Shown piece by piece: positions 1 to 8,929 of a DNA stretch of 20,000 nt. The notes under the pieces are model-generated. The model had not been told where the DNA came from, ran no database searches, and saw nothing but the letters and a program-made list of their open reading frames with translations. The position numbers and the translations under genes were made by a program. Source of the DNA: an uncultured virus (IMG/VR IMGVR_UViG_3300035080_000019) (lineage: Duplodnaviria; Heunggongvirae; Uroviricota; Caudoviricetes); IMG/VR virus record IMGVR_UViG_3300035080_000019, one strand, 5' to 3'. Positions within the stretch are counted from its first letter, which is position 1; every line of letters begins with the position of its first letter.

Positions 1-2
1 CA

Positions 3-485
3 ATCCAGGGATGGCGCAAGGATGCCGACATCAACCACCTGAAAGAAGGCATTGCCAGCGCCAACCAGGCAGCGGCCGACGCTCGCGCCGAACGGACACA
101 GAAGGTGCTCCAGGCCGAGCGCAACGCCCGTGATGCGCTCCAGGCCATCACCGACAAGCTCACCAACGAAAGGGACAGTGCCCATCATGAGAAAGAGACC
201 TTTATTGCTGGCGTGCGCAGTGGCGCTATCCGGCTGTCAGTCCCCGTCATCGCTGCAATGCCAGCCGGGGCCAGTTGCCCAGATTCCGCCACTACCGGGG
301 GAGCTGGCCAGGAAGCGCGAGCCGAACTTACGCCAGCGGCAGCAGAGTTTCTTGACGACATCGCCAGCGAAGGCGATGACGCCATCCGACAAGCCAATGC
401 CCTGATCGATGCCTACAATGCCTTGCGAGAAAAACTGAATGTACAAGCCCAACAATCTGCGGGACTACCTGCGCAAGGCCATTAA
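3..485 (+). CDS. Rz-like inner-membrane spanin (i-spanin), 5'-truncated by window edge
   Basis: Frame is open from position 3 (IQGWRKDAD...AERNARD...GAIRLSVPV...AELTPAAAEFL...). Ala-rich coiled coil with an Rz-type 'RLSV' motif, lying just before gpR and containing an embedded lipoprotein ORF. Confidence 0.8.
   Translation: MQGWRKDADINHLKEGIASANQAAADARAERTQKVLQAERNARDALQAITDKLTNERDSAHHEKETFIAGVRSGAIRLSVPVIAAMPAGASCPDSATTGGAGQEARAELTPAAAEFLDDIASEGDDAIRQANALIDAYNALREKLNVQAQQSAGLPAQGH
187..405 (+). CDS. Rz1-like outer-membrane lipoprotein spanin (o-spanin), embedded out of frame in the i-spanin
   Basis: ATG at 187 after AGGGA. MRKRPLLLACAVALSG/C is a basic N-terminus, hydrophobic core and lipobox. 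Pro-rich mature part; 72 aa. Confidence 0.8.
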   Translation: MRKRPLLLACAVALSGCQSPSSLQCQPGPVAQIPPLPGELARKREPNLRQRQQSFLTTSPAKAMTPSDKPMP

Positions 486-924
486 GGAACTGGCGCAGAA
501 CCCGGACAAGCTGCACATCTTCATCGATGAGGGCGGCACCCGCGCCACCGGTACGGCGGGCCTGTCCTTCGAGTATGAATACGTGCTGAACCTGATCTTG
601 ACCGATTTTGGCCTCGATCTTGATGTGGTATTTGTTCCTCTCTTGGCCTGGATGCGGGTTCACCAGCGAGAAGCCTTCGCCAATCCTGAGAACGCGAAGA
701 AGGCCGTGCGCTTCGAGGTGGACATGAACAGCGCCCAATCTCTCGATCTGTCGATCAAGCTCACGCTCACCGAGCGCACCATCGTGAAACGTCAGGATGG
801 TGGCCGGTTGCAAATTGATCATGCAGCCGAGCCGCAGCTCACCCCGCCCTTCGCCGATGACTTCTGGCAGCTTTACCGGGGCGATAGCCTGCTGGCCGAA
901 TGGGACGTGCCGAAGCTGCCATGA
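439..924 (+). CDS. R: P2 gpR-like tail completion protein
   Basis: MYKPNNLR..L...NPDKLHIFIDEG...SFEYEYVLNLILTDF signature; position after the lysis genes. Confidence 0.92.
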   Translation: MYKPNNLRDYLRKAIKELAQNPDKLHIFIDEGGTRATGTAGLSFEYEYVLNLILTDFGLDLDVVFVPLLAWMRVHQREAFANPENAKKAVRFEVDMNSAQSLDLSIKLTLTERTIVKRQDGGRLQIDHAAEPQLTPPFADDFWQLYRGDSLLAEWDVPKLP

Positions 925-1391
925 GTGATGACCTACAACGACTGGAAGAATGGGTCGCCGCCCTCATCGCGAAGGTACAGCCAGCGCAACGGCGCCAGCT
1001 TGTGCGCCAGGTGGCCAACGATCTACGGCGCGAGCACGCCAGGATGATCGCGCAGCAGATAGCGCCGGACGGCACGCCCTATCCTGCACGCAAGAATCGT
1101 AAGGAACTGCGCAGCAAGTCAGGCAGGATCAAGCGGCAGAAGGCGGCCATGTTCAACAAGCTGCGCACAAATGCTTACCTAAAGATCCAGGCAGACGCCA
1201 ATCAGGCATCGGTCGGCTTTTTCGGTAAGGTGGCGCGCATTGCGCGCGTCCATCATGAAGGGCGACAGGACAAGGTGGCGCCACATGGTCCAAGCTATAA
1301 ATATCCGGCCCGGCCACTACTTGGGTTTACTCAATCTGATGAAGTAAAACTAAGGGAAAGCCTCCTTTCTCACCTTGAAAAATACAACTAA
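921..1391 (+). CDS. S: P2 gpS-like virion morphogenesis/tail completion protein
   Basis: ATGA overlap with R; 'QQIAPDGTPYPARK', 'MFNKLRT', 'ARIARVHHEG' and 'YPARPLLGF' motifs. Confidence 0.92.
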   Translation: MSDDLQRLEEWVAALIAKVQPAQRRQLVRQVANDLRREHARMIAQQIAPDGTPYPARKNRKELRSKSGRIKRQKAAMFNKLRTNAYLKIQADANQASVGFFGKVARIARVHHEGRQDKVAPHGPSYKYPARPLLGFTQSDEVKLRESLLSHLEKYN

Positions 1392-1625
1392 GAGGTAGCT
1401 TTTTGAGCGACGCCGTCGCTTCGCCTCACTCTTTTTCCACACCAAAATACGCTATGAACGGCAGGCATACACTAGGGAAATTCTTACTTCGTTACAACCT
1501 CTTATAAACGCGTGCCATATCTATTTTTCTTCAGGAAAAAGTTACGTATTTCGATTACATTCAGATTCTTCGCTGAACTACTGACGAAGAATTAACTAAT
1601 CCACACTTAAACAGGAGCAAGAAAA

Positions 1626-2705
1626 GTGACAACTGCATACACAGCATCTAATCCTGTAGCAATGGCATCATTGCCAACCACAAATGGAATAATTCAAAGG
1701 TTCACGGTTAACGTTACAAACACATCTGACGCAACCTATGCTCCTGATGGTCTTGCTGCCGCTCCTATCTATGGGCTGGGTGGTCAGGCATTGCAAGGCA
1801 ATGAAATGGTGGCAAATAGCATTGCCACACTGGTTTCATACGTTGGTCCGTTATTGAATTCTGGTTCGTTGTGCTGGATACTCTTCGAGTGCATTGCAGG
1901 AGCACAACAGGTGGCTCCCGCTACCGCCAGTCAACATGCAGTTCAATTTGGTCAGGTTGCCGGCGTGGTCGGACAGTCGCGTAACGCGAGAATATCAATC
2001 CCCACGGCCTCTTCCAGCGCGACCTTCACAGTGGACGAACTGATCGTAGAAACTGCGCTGGGTGGCTTGCGGTACTGTCTCTCCAATCTGAATCAGAGCA
2101 TCAACCTAACCACTAGCGGCGTTGGTGGCATGGATACTGGCAGCGCACCGAACAACGGTACCGTGGCAGTGTATGAGATGTACAACCCTACTAGTGGTGC
2201 CAAAGGCCTGATCGGCTTCAACGCTACATCAGTGACTCCGGGCCAGGTCTACGGTGGGTCGAACGCCCCGGCTGGTTATACGGCATCCTCGCTAGTGGCA
2301 ATCCTGCAGACAAACGGATCTGGCCAGTTCAAACCAGCTTATGTAAGCGGGCGAAAGGTATCTCATGGCAGCTTCTCCGTGCTGAATACCTCGAATGCGG
2401 CTCCTGATGGGACATCGCTGGATATTTCTAGTGTTACTCCCAAAGGTGCCATTGCCGTGTCGGGTTACCTCGTTACCAGCAATACCACGTCGAGTGATGC
2501 GACGAATACATTATCCATTGCCGTAGATTCGGCGATGAACGGTGCTAAGATTTTGCAACCGAAGTTGACCTCTGCCAACGGCTGGTCCCAAGCGTTTGCT
2601 TTTGATTCGCTTTCCCTCTCCGCTGCTCAGACGATTTATTATGGTGCATCTGCTAGTGCCGGCTCGCCTACTTACAAGATCACATTGAGCGGCTACGAAT
2701 TTTAG
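1626..2705 (+). CDS. Moron: tail-fibre-like beta-rich protein (359 aa) lacking a baseplate-anchor N-terminus
   Basis: GTG start after AGGAG; AT-richer than flanks; S/T/G/A/N-rich. Segments 'APIYGLGGQALQGNE', 'VAPATASQHAVQFGQ' and 'GGMDTGSAP' recall proteobacterial phage tail-fibre shafts. The ORF is solid but the product call is tentative. Confidence 0.6.
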   Translation: MTTAYTASNPVAMASLPTTNGIIQRFTVNVTNTSDATYAPDGLAAAPIYGLGGQALQGNEMVANSIATLVSYVGPLLNSGSLCWILFECIAGAQQVAPATASQHAVQFGQVAGVVGQSRNARISIPTASSSATFTVDELIVETALGGLRYCLSNLNQSINLTTSGVGGMDTGSAPNNGTVAVYEMYNPTSGAKGLIGFNATSVTPGQVYGGSNAPAGYTASSLVAILQTNGSGQFKPAYVSGRKVSHGSFSVLNTSNAAPDGTSLDISSVTPKGAIAVSGYLVTSNTTSSDATNTLSIAVDSAMNGAKILQPKLTSANGWSQAFAFDSLSLSAAQTIYYGASASAGSPTYKITLSGYEF

Positions 2706-2867
2706 AAGTTATTTAATCACCGTCTCATGCGTCGTTTCGATGCTTCGAAAATGATTTGTTAACCTCAAAAAACGGAACGCGTGTAAGAAGACGATTCGCG
2801 AAAATTTAATCAAAAAATGTCCCTGAGGGACTTCCTAATTTTGAAGGTGTTCTAGAAGCGTTCTTAT

Positions 2868-2890
2868 AGCCCGCCCCGGCGGGCTTTTTT
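2868..2890 (+). terminator. Rho-independent terminator closing the moron
   Basis: AGCCCGC-cccg-GCGGGCT stem-loop followed by a T run. Confidence 0.85.
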
Positions 2891-3009
2891 ATGCGTGAAC
2901 TATGCGAGTCCGATCGAAAGTGCCACTTCTCGGCCTGAGCTACAGTAAGCCAACCTTTCCCGATGGGAGTTTAACGTCGCAGATGGGACGCTGTTGCGTC
3001 ACCTAAAAG

Positions 3010-3076
3010 TCGGTAAGGCGGATATCAACCCGTCGCTAAGTGCCTTCCCGCGCGCGATCCGGCAACATGGGTTGCA
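3010..3076 (+). promoter_or_regulatory. Putative Ogr-dependent late promoter (pV-like), leaderless transcript
   Basis: No SD before ATG 3076. A -10-like CAACAT (3063-3068) lies 7 nt upstream of the ATG, preceded by a CGCGCGCG tract. P2 gene V is known to be leaderless. No canonical TGT-N12-ACA is seen. Confidence 0.5.
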
Positions 3077-3720
3077 TGACGCCCGACCTCTCCGAACTCG
3101 TTCGCACCATCCCGAATTTGATCCGCACCGGCAAGATTGCCGAGATCAAAGCGGACAAGGTGCGCGTGCGCTTATCTCCCTCGCTGCTGACCACCTGGCT
3201 GCAATGGGTCGCGCTGCGCGCCGGGGATGTCATCGATTGGTGCCCGCCGTCCATCGGTGAGCAAGTCATCGTCTTTTCCCCTAATGGCGACCTGACGCAA
3301 GGCAAGGTGCTGGCCGGCCTGTTCTCGGCCGATTCACCAGCTCCGCAATCCTCTCTCAAGATCCGCTCCATCCACTACCCCGATGGCGCCGTAGTGCTGT
3401 ACGACTTCGCCAAGCACACGTTATCGGCCATCCTTCCGGCCGGCAGCTCGGCCCTGGTAAAAGCCGATGCGGTGACCGCTGACGCACCACAAACCACCTG
3501 CACCGGCAATGTGACCATCAAGGGCAATCTGCTGGTGGAAGGCTTCAGCGCATTGAACAATGGCGCCAGGGTTCAAGGCGGCGACGGTGGCGCCGCGATG
3601 GTCATCGATGGCCAGGTGCAAGCAACAGGCGACGTGATGGCCGGCAATATCAGCCTGCGCCATCACCCGCATGACCAGGTCAAACGCGGCGATGAGAAGT
3701 CAGGAGCACCGCTGCCATGA
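3076..3720 (+). CDS. V: P2 gpV-like baseplate spike protein
   Basis: 'NLIRTGKI', 'TTWLQW...RAG...WCPPSIGEQV', 'YPDGAVVLYD' and C-terminal 'SLRHHPH' metal-binding tip motif; start reassigned to ATG 3076. Confidence 0.93.
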   Translation: MTPDLSELVRTIPNLIRTGKIAEIKADKVRVRLSPSLLTTWLQWVALRAGDVIDWCPPSIGEQVIVFSPNGDLTQGKVLAGLFSADSPAPQSSLKIRSIHYPDGAVVLYDFAKHTLSAILPAGSSALVKADAVTADAPQTTCTGNVTIKGNLLVEGFSALNNGARVQGGDGGAAMVIDGQVQATGDVMAGNISLRHHPHDQVKRGDEKSGAPLP

Positions 3721-4061
3721 TAGCCATGAACGCCTCTAACGGCCGCAGCATGTCCCTGCTGGACCACATCCGCCAGTGCGTGCGCGACATTCTCATGACG
3801 CCGCTGGGTAGCCGCATCTACCGCCGCAACTACGGTTCCGAAATCCCCGAACTGATCGACCAGCCGCTGAATGGCGTTACCGTCATGCGCATCTATGCCG
3901 CCGTGGCCTATCGCCTGGCGCTATGGGAGCCGCGCATCTCGTTGTCGTCGGTCAATCTGAACCGGGATGCTACCGGCGCCGTGTCCGTGGTCTTGCAAGG
4001 CATCACCAACGGCCTGGCCGTCGAATTCTCTGTGCAGGTCCGGGAAGGGACGGTGCAATGA
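3717..4061 (+). CDS. W: P2 gpW-like baseplate wedge protein (gp25 family)
   Basis: 'HIRQCVRDILMTPLGSRIYRRNYGS', 'WEPRI'; ATGA overlap with V. Confidence 0.95.
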   Translation: MIAMNASNGRSMSLLDHIRQCVRDILMTPLGSRIYRRNYGSEIPELIDQPLNGVTVMRIYAAVAYRLALWEPRISLSSVNLNRDATGAVSVVLQGITNGLAVEFSVQVREGTVQ

Positions 4062-4981
4062 GTTCGCCTATCGATCTGTCGCTGCTGCCGGCGCCGCAAG
4101 TGCTGGAAACCCTCGATTACGAGACCATCCTCGCCAATCGCAAAGCGGCCGTCCTTGCACTGCTGCCGGAAGACCAGCGCGAAGCCGCCGCCAATGTGCT
4201 GTCTCTGGAGTCCGAGCCGGCCACCAAGCTGCTGCAAGAGAACGCCTATCAAGAGCTGTTGCTGCGCAACCGGGTGAACGATGCCGCCAAGGCGGTCATG
4301 CTGGCATTCGCCATCGGTCCAGACCTCGATCAAATCGGCGCCAATACCAACGTCAAGCGCCTGGTGCTGGTCGAGGCTGATCCTGATGCCTCGCCGCCCG
4401 TGGCCGAAGTGCTGGAAGGAGATGATGCCTACCGGCTGCGCATCCAGGAAGCACCCGACGCCTTATCGACGGCCGGGCCACGCAATGCCTATGAATTCCA
4501 CGCACGCAGCGCTGACGGCCGTGTGCTGGACGCGCGCGCTGTCAGCCCGGCGCCGTGCGAAGTCGTGGTGGCCGTCCTGGCCAACTCGGCCGACTGGCAA
4601 GCGCCGGCCGATCTGCTGGAGGCTGTCAATGCGGCGCTCTCGGCCGAGGATGTCCGACCGCTGGGCGATCTGGTTTCAGTCGTACAGGGCCAGGTCACGG
4701 ACTATGAGTTGGAAGCGGTGGTCTATGTCGAGAAAGGCCCGGAAGCATCGATTGCGCTCAATGCCGCCAGGACAAACGCCGCAGTCATGGCCAAGCCGTT
4801 GCGCCCGCTCGGCTACAGCGTTTATCGCAATGCCTACGTGGCTGCGCTCAAGGTCGAAGGCGTGCGCAATGTCCTCGTGAAATCACCGGCCGCAGACATT
4901 CTGTGCGGCCGGACACAGGCCGCGCGCTGTACCGGCATTCGCATCACCGCCGAGGTACTGGAAGAGGTAGACCGTGTATAA
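4058..4981 (+). CDS. J: P2 gpJ-like baseplate assembly protein
   Basis: Start ATG 4058 (ATGA overlap with W); 'IDLSLLPAPQVLETLDYE', 'LESEP..KLLQENAY', 'STAGP..AYEFHA'. Confidence 0.95.
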   Translation: MSSPIDLSLLPAPQVLETLDYETILANRKAAVLALLPEDQREAAANVLSLESEPATKLLQENAYQELLLRNRVNDAAKAVMLAFAIGPDLDQIGANTNVKRLVLVEADPDASPPVAEVLEGDDAYRLRIQEAPDALSTAGPRNAYEFHARSADGRVLDARAVSPAPCEVVVAVLANSADWQAPADLLEAVNAALSAEDVRPLGDLVSVVQGQVTDYELEAVVYVEKGPEASIALNAARTNAAVMAKPLRPLGYSVYRNAYVAALKVEGVRNVLVKSPAADILCGRTQAARCTGIRITAEVLEEVDRV

Positions 4982-5594
4982 CCCCGTCCCGACCTTGCCA
5001 CCGAATACCACGCCCTTGGAGCGCGCCATTGCGCGTGCCTGTGCGGCTCTGGCCGACACTCCGGTACCCATTCGCGACCTGTGGAGTGCTGACCGTTGCC
5101 CGGTCGATCTGCTGCCCTTCCTGGCCTGGTCATTTTCTGTGGATCGCTGGGACGACGCTTGGCCAGAATCGATCAAGCGCGGCACCATCAAAGCCGCCCG
5201 CTATATCCACCAGCACAAGGGGACCATTGCCGCCGTGCGTGGCGTGGTCGAGTCCCTGGGCTACATCATCAAGATTCGTGAGTGGTGGCAGACCGAACCG
5301 CGCGGCCAGCGTGGCACCTTCGCGCTGGAAGTCGGTGTGCTGGACGCCGGCATTACCGATGAGATGTTCCTTGAAATGGAACGCCTCATTGATGACGCCA
5401 AGCCGCTTTCTCGCCACCTGACGGGCTTGCGCATCCATTTGGAGGTCCGGGGCTCGCTCTTCGTCGGCACCTTTGCCCAGCTCGGCGAGACCGTCACGGT
5501 GTATCCCTGGACACCGGAGAGCATCGAGACCACTGGTGGCCCCTTCATCGGCTGTGCGGCTCACTTCATCGAAACCATGACCATTTACCCATGA
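4974..5594 (+). CDS. I: P2 gpI-like tail/baseplate protein
   Basis: 'LWSADRCPVDLLPFLAWSFSVDRWD', 'HQHKGT', 'EWWQ', 'AKPLSRHL'. Confidence 0.95.
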   Translation: MYNPVPTLPPNTTPLERAIARACAALADTPVPIRDLWSADRCPVDLLPFLAWSFSVDRWDDAWPESIKRGTIKAARYIHQHKGTIAAVRGVVESLGYIIKIREWWQTEPRGQRGTFALEVGVLDAGITDEMFLEMERLIDDAKPLSRHLTGLRIHLEVRGSLFVGTFAQLGETVTVYPWTPESIETTGGPFIGCAAHFIETMTIYP

Positions 5595-6814
5595 GCACTT
5601 ATTTTTCTATCCCTACTGAGATTGGCGAGGCCAAGATTGCCAATGCCTTGGCGCTAGGCGTACCGCTAAAGCTGACGCACATGGGCGTGGGCGACGGTAA
5701 CGGCGTGCTGCCGGTGCCAGACCGCAAGCAAGTTGCCCTGGTTCGGGAGCAACGTCGCTCACCGATCAATACGCTCGACAAAGATCCGAAGAACGCCAGT
5801 CAGATCATCATTGAGCAGGTTCTGCCTGCCGATGTGGGCGGTTGGTGGGTGCGTGAAATCGGCGTTTATGATGAGGCCGGCGACCTTTGCGCGGTCGCAA
5901 ACTGTCCGCCAAGTTACAAGCCGGTTATCACCGAAGGTGCAGGGAAAGACCAGGTGGTGCGCGTGGTGCTGCTGGTGGCGAGCACTGCCGCTGTTGAGCT
6001 GAAGATTGACCCGGCTGTCGTACTGGCTACCCGGAAATACGCAGATGACGCCATCGTTGCTTACGCAGCGCCCAAGGGGCATGTCCATGCGGACCTAGCC
6101 CCCCTGAAATCGCCCGCCTTCACGGGCTTGCCAACCACGCCCACGCCTGAGGCAGGAGCAAGTATTGAGCAAGTGACCAATATCGAATTCGTCGCAGCGG
6201 CTATCGCCAAAGCCATCGGTGGCGTCATTCCGTTCTTTACGGCCATCCCCACGAAGAAAGTCGGCGATATCGTCATCGTCAAGGGCATCGGCATGATGGA
6301 ATGGGCCGATGTCGCTGGCACTGGAGAATTTCACGGCTACCGTAGCTTGCGCTGCGGTTCCATTGAGTTCGGCACTACCTCCGCGCCACGCAGTTATGAA
6401 GCTGACCTCGTGGGCGGCCTGGGTTCCAAGAACAGCCAGGCTTCGATCTGGGCCTGGGCGCAGCAGAACGGTCATGCCGTATCCGCCAGTAACTGGACAC
6501 CCAAGGTCTTCAAATTCGCAGACGTGGACGCCAACACCTTCCGCTACCCCGACTTGCGCGATGTCTTCGCACGCTTCGCGGGCACCGATGCAGACACAGG
6601 GCAGGCAATGGCCCTGGGTTCGTACAAGGCTGACACGCTCAAGAATCACTATCACCCGACTGGCTACTGGGTTACCACCTTAGGCGGCCTGTACGGCACC
6701 AGTGCTGGCGGTACCTTCGCATCGTCCAATAACCCTGGGACTGTCACAGGTGGAAGCGGCTCGGCCGAAACTGCACCGAAACATACCGTATTTATGCCTC
6801 GCATCCATATCTGA
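5591..6814 (+). CDS. H: P2 gpH-like tail fibre
   Basis: Conserved N-terminal anchor (MGVGDGNG, GGWWVREIG, KIDPAVVLATR), 'APLKSPAFTGLPTTPTP', collar-like 'FRYPDLR' and C-terminal 'HYH...ETAPKH'. Confidence 0.92.
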   Translation: MSTYFSIPTEIGEAKIANALALGVPLKLTHMGVGDGNGVLPVPDRKQVALVREQRRSPINTLDKDPKNASQIIIEQVLPADVGGWWVREIGVYDEAGDLCAVANCPPSYKPVITEGAGKDQVVRVVLLVASTAAVELKIDPAVVLATRKYADDAIVAYAAPKGHVHADLAPLKSPAFTGLPTTPTPEAGASIEQVTNIEFVAAAIAKAIGGVIPFFTAIPTKKVGDIVIVKGIGMMEWADVAGTGEFHGYRSLRCGSIEFGTTSAPRSYEADLVGGLGSKNSQASIWAWAQQNGHAVSASNWTPKVFKFADVDANTFRYPDLRDVFARFAGTDADTGQAMALGSYKADTLKNHYHPTGYWVTTLGGLYGTSAGGTFASSNNPGTVTGGSGSAETAPKHTVFMPRIHI

Positions 6815-6815
6815 C

Positions 6816-7100
6816 ATGACACCGATTACTTGCTACCAGACCGACGACAGCGGCGTTTTCCTCCATACAGTAGCTGCTTATCCCTTCCCGATGGAAGAGC
6901 GCCTCAACGTGCCGTACATGGCCGTCCAGATTGCGCCGCCTGAAGTGCCCGATGGCCACCGGGCGCGCTGGGTTTCTCCCTTCCAACCGATGGACCCGGA
7001 ATACGACACTGCTGGCGAATGGATCATCGAAGAAATCCCGCCACCAGCACCGACAGAAGAACCTGAAGCGCCAGCCGAAGCCGCCCTGGCGCAAGCCTAA
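6816..7100 (+). CDS. Tail fibre assembly chaperone (gpG/Tfa position)
   Basis: ATG 1 nt after the H stop; 'YQTDDSGVFL...P......PPEVPDG..ARW' pattern typical of Tfa N-termini; 94 aa. Confidence 0.7.
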   Translation: MTPITCYQTDDSGVFLHTVAAYPFPMEERLNVPYMAVQIAPPEVPDGHRARWVSPFQPMDPEYDTAGEWIIEEIPPPAPTEEPEAPAEAALAQA

Positions 7101-7124
7101 CCCAACTCAAAAGGAGCTATCCCT

Positions 7125-8303
7125 ATGGCAGCCGATTATCACCACGGCGTGCGCGTCATCGAAATCAACGAAGGCACGCGCCCCATTCGCACCGTCTCTA
7201 CCGCTGTCATCGGCGTGATTGTCACGGCCGACGACGCCGATGTAGACGCCTTCCCCCTGGACACGGCCGTGCTCATCACCAACGTTGTCGCCGCCCAAGC
7301 CAAGGCCGGCAAGCGTGGCACCATGCGCCGCGTGCTGGAAGCCATCGCCGCCCAAGCCAAGCCCCTGGTTGTGCTGGTGCGCGTGGCCGAAGGCGCAGAC
7401 GAAGCCGAGCAAACCAGCCTGGTCATCGGCGGCGTGTCGCCTGAAGGTCGCTATACCGGCGCCAAGGCACTGCTGGCGGCGCAATCCAAGCTGGGTATCA
7501 AGCCGCGCATCCTGGGCGCGCCGGGCTTGGATACTAAGGCAGTGACCAATGCGCTGGCCTCCCTTGCACAGACCCTGCGCGCCTTCGTGTATGCCTCCTG
7601 CTGGAATTGCGCGACGGTGGTCGCTGCGACCGCCTATCGTTCCGAGTTCGGCCAGCGTGAAGTCATGCTGATCTGGCCGGAATTCGTATCCTGGGACACG
7701 ACCACCAGCAGCGATGCCAGCATCTCGGCCGTGGCCTACGCCCTGGGCTTGCGCGCCAAGATCGATGAGCAGACCGGCTGGCACAAGACCTTGTCCAACG
7801 TGGTGGTGAATGGCCCGACCGGTATCAGCCGCGACGTGTTCTGGGACTTGCAAGACCCGGCCACCGATGCCGGCGTACTCAATGCGAAGGAGGTCACCAC
7901 CCTCATCAACATGAGCGGCTATCGCTTCTGGGGCTCGCGTACCTGCGAAATCCAGGGCGGGTTCTTCCCCTTCGAGAATTACACCCGTACCGCGCAAGTG
8001 CTGGCCGATACCATTGCCGAAGCGCACATGGTTTACGTCGACCTGCCGATGACGCCCTCGCTGGTGAAGGATCTGGTGGCCAGCATCAATGCCAAGTTCC
8101 GTTCCCTGAAGGCCAGCGGCTACATCATCGACGGCGAGGCTTGGTTCGATGAACAGTTCAACGACAAGGACACCTTGAAGACCGGCAAGCTGACCATCGA
8201 CTACGGCTACACCCCGGTGCCCCCGGTGGAAAACCTGCTCTTCCAGCAGCGCATTACCGATCAATACCTGGCCGACTTCGCCGCGCGCGTCGCTGCCGCC
8301 TGA
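7125..8303 (+). CDS. FI: P2 FI-like contractile tail sheath protein
   Basis: AAGGAG SD; 'DYHHGVRVIEINEGTRPI', 'KPRILGAPG', 'GWHKTLSNV', 'GYRFWGSRT'. Confidence 0.97.
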   Translation: MAADYHHGVRVIEINEGTRPIRTVSTAVIGVIVTADDADVDAFPLDTAVLITNVVAAQAKAGKRGTMRRVLEAIAAQAKPLVVLVRVAEGADEAEQTSLVIGGVSPEGRYTGAKALLAAQSKLGIKPRILGAPGLDTKAVTNALASLAQTLRAFVYASCWNCATVVAATAYRSEFGQREVMLIWPEFVSWDTTTSSDASISAVAYALGLRAKIDEQTGWHKTLSNVVVNGPTGISRDVFWDLQDPATDAGVLNAKEVTTLINMSGYRFWGSRTCEIQGGFFPFENYTRTAQVLADTIAEAHMVYVDLPMTPSLVKDLVASINAKFRSLKASGYIIDGEAWFDEQFNDKDTLKTGKLTIDYGYTPVPPVENLLFQQRITDQYLADFAARVAAA

Positions 8304-8360
8304 GCCTAGGTGGCCAGGTGCTGGCCGCCAGTTTTTTACCAATTTCAAGGAGCCATCAAT

Positions 8361-8870
8361 ATGGGTATGCCCCACAAACTGAAGGATTTCAACGTTTTCC
8401 AGAACGGTATCGACTATTCCGGGATTGCCACGGAAGTAACGTTGCCCAAGCTGTCGCGCAAGATGGAGGAATACCGCGCAGCCGGCATGTCCGGCCCGGT
8501 CTCGGCGGACCTGGGCCAGGAAGCCATGCAACTGGAATGGACGGCCGGTGGCCTGGTCAAGGAAGCGCTCAAGCAGTATGCCGCCAACACACACGGCGCC
8601 GTGCAACTGCGCTTCGCGGGCGCCTATCAGAGCGATGACGATGCATCCGTGCAGGCAGTCGAAATCACTGTGCGTGGCCGCTATAAAGAAGTGGATATGG
8701 GCAATGCCAAAAGTGGCGACGACACCTCGCACAAGTTCAGTATGCCTCTGAGCGCCTACAAGCTCACCATCGATAACGAGGTGATTTTCGATTTCGACTT
8801 CATGAACGGTATCGAAATCGTCGGCGGCGTGGACCGCCGCGCCGATATCCGCAAGGCCATCGGCCTGTAA
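8361..8870 (+). CDS. FII: P2 FII-like major tail tube protein
   Basis: AAGGAG SD before ATG 8361; 'PHKLKDFNVF', 'TLPKLSRKMEEYR', 'GVDR...IRKAIGL'. Confidence 0.96.
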   Translation: MGMPHKLKDFNVFQNGIDYSGIATEVTLPKLSRKMEEYRAAGMSGPVSADLGQEAMQLEWTAGGLVKEALKQYAANTHGAVQLRFAGAYQSDDDASVQAVEITVRGRYKEVDMGNAKSGDDTSHKFSMPLSAYKLTIDNEVIFDFDFMNGIEIVGGVDRRADIRKAIGL

Positions 8871-8929
8871 CCACCGGGCGGCATCAGGCCGCCTGGTTCT
8901 TCGATTTTTCTCTCTGACAAGGAAACGCC

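Noticed and set aside
1405..1436. Terminator after gene S
   Set aside because: The AGCGAC/GTCGCT stem is short with a 3-nt loop and the T run is about 10 nt away; too weak to call
2891..2995. Possible c-di-GMP-I riboswitch (CGAAAG...CGGCCTGAGC)
   Set aside because: Lacks the GCAAA/GACGCAAAGC core and the paired stems; resemblance is superficial
5591..7100. Tail fibre variation by a DGR or invertase cassette
   Set aside because: No reverse transcriptase, template repeat, invertase or inverted second fibre end is seen in the window
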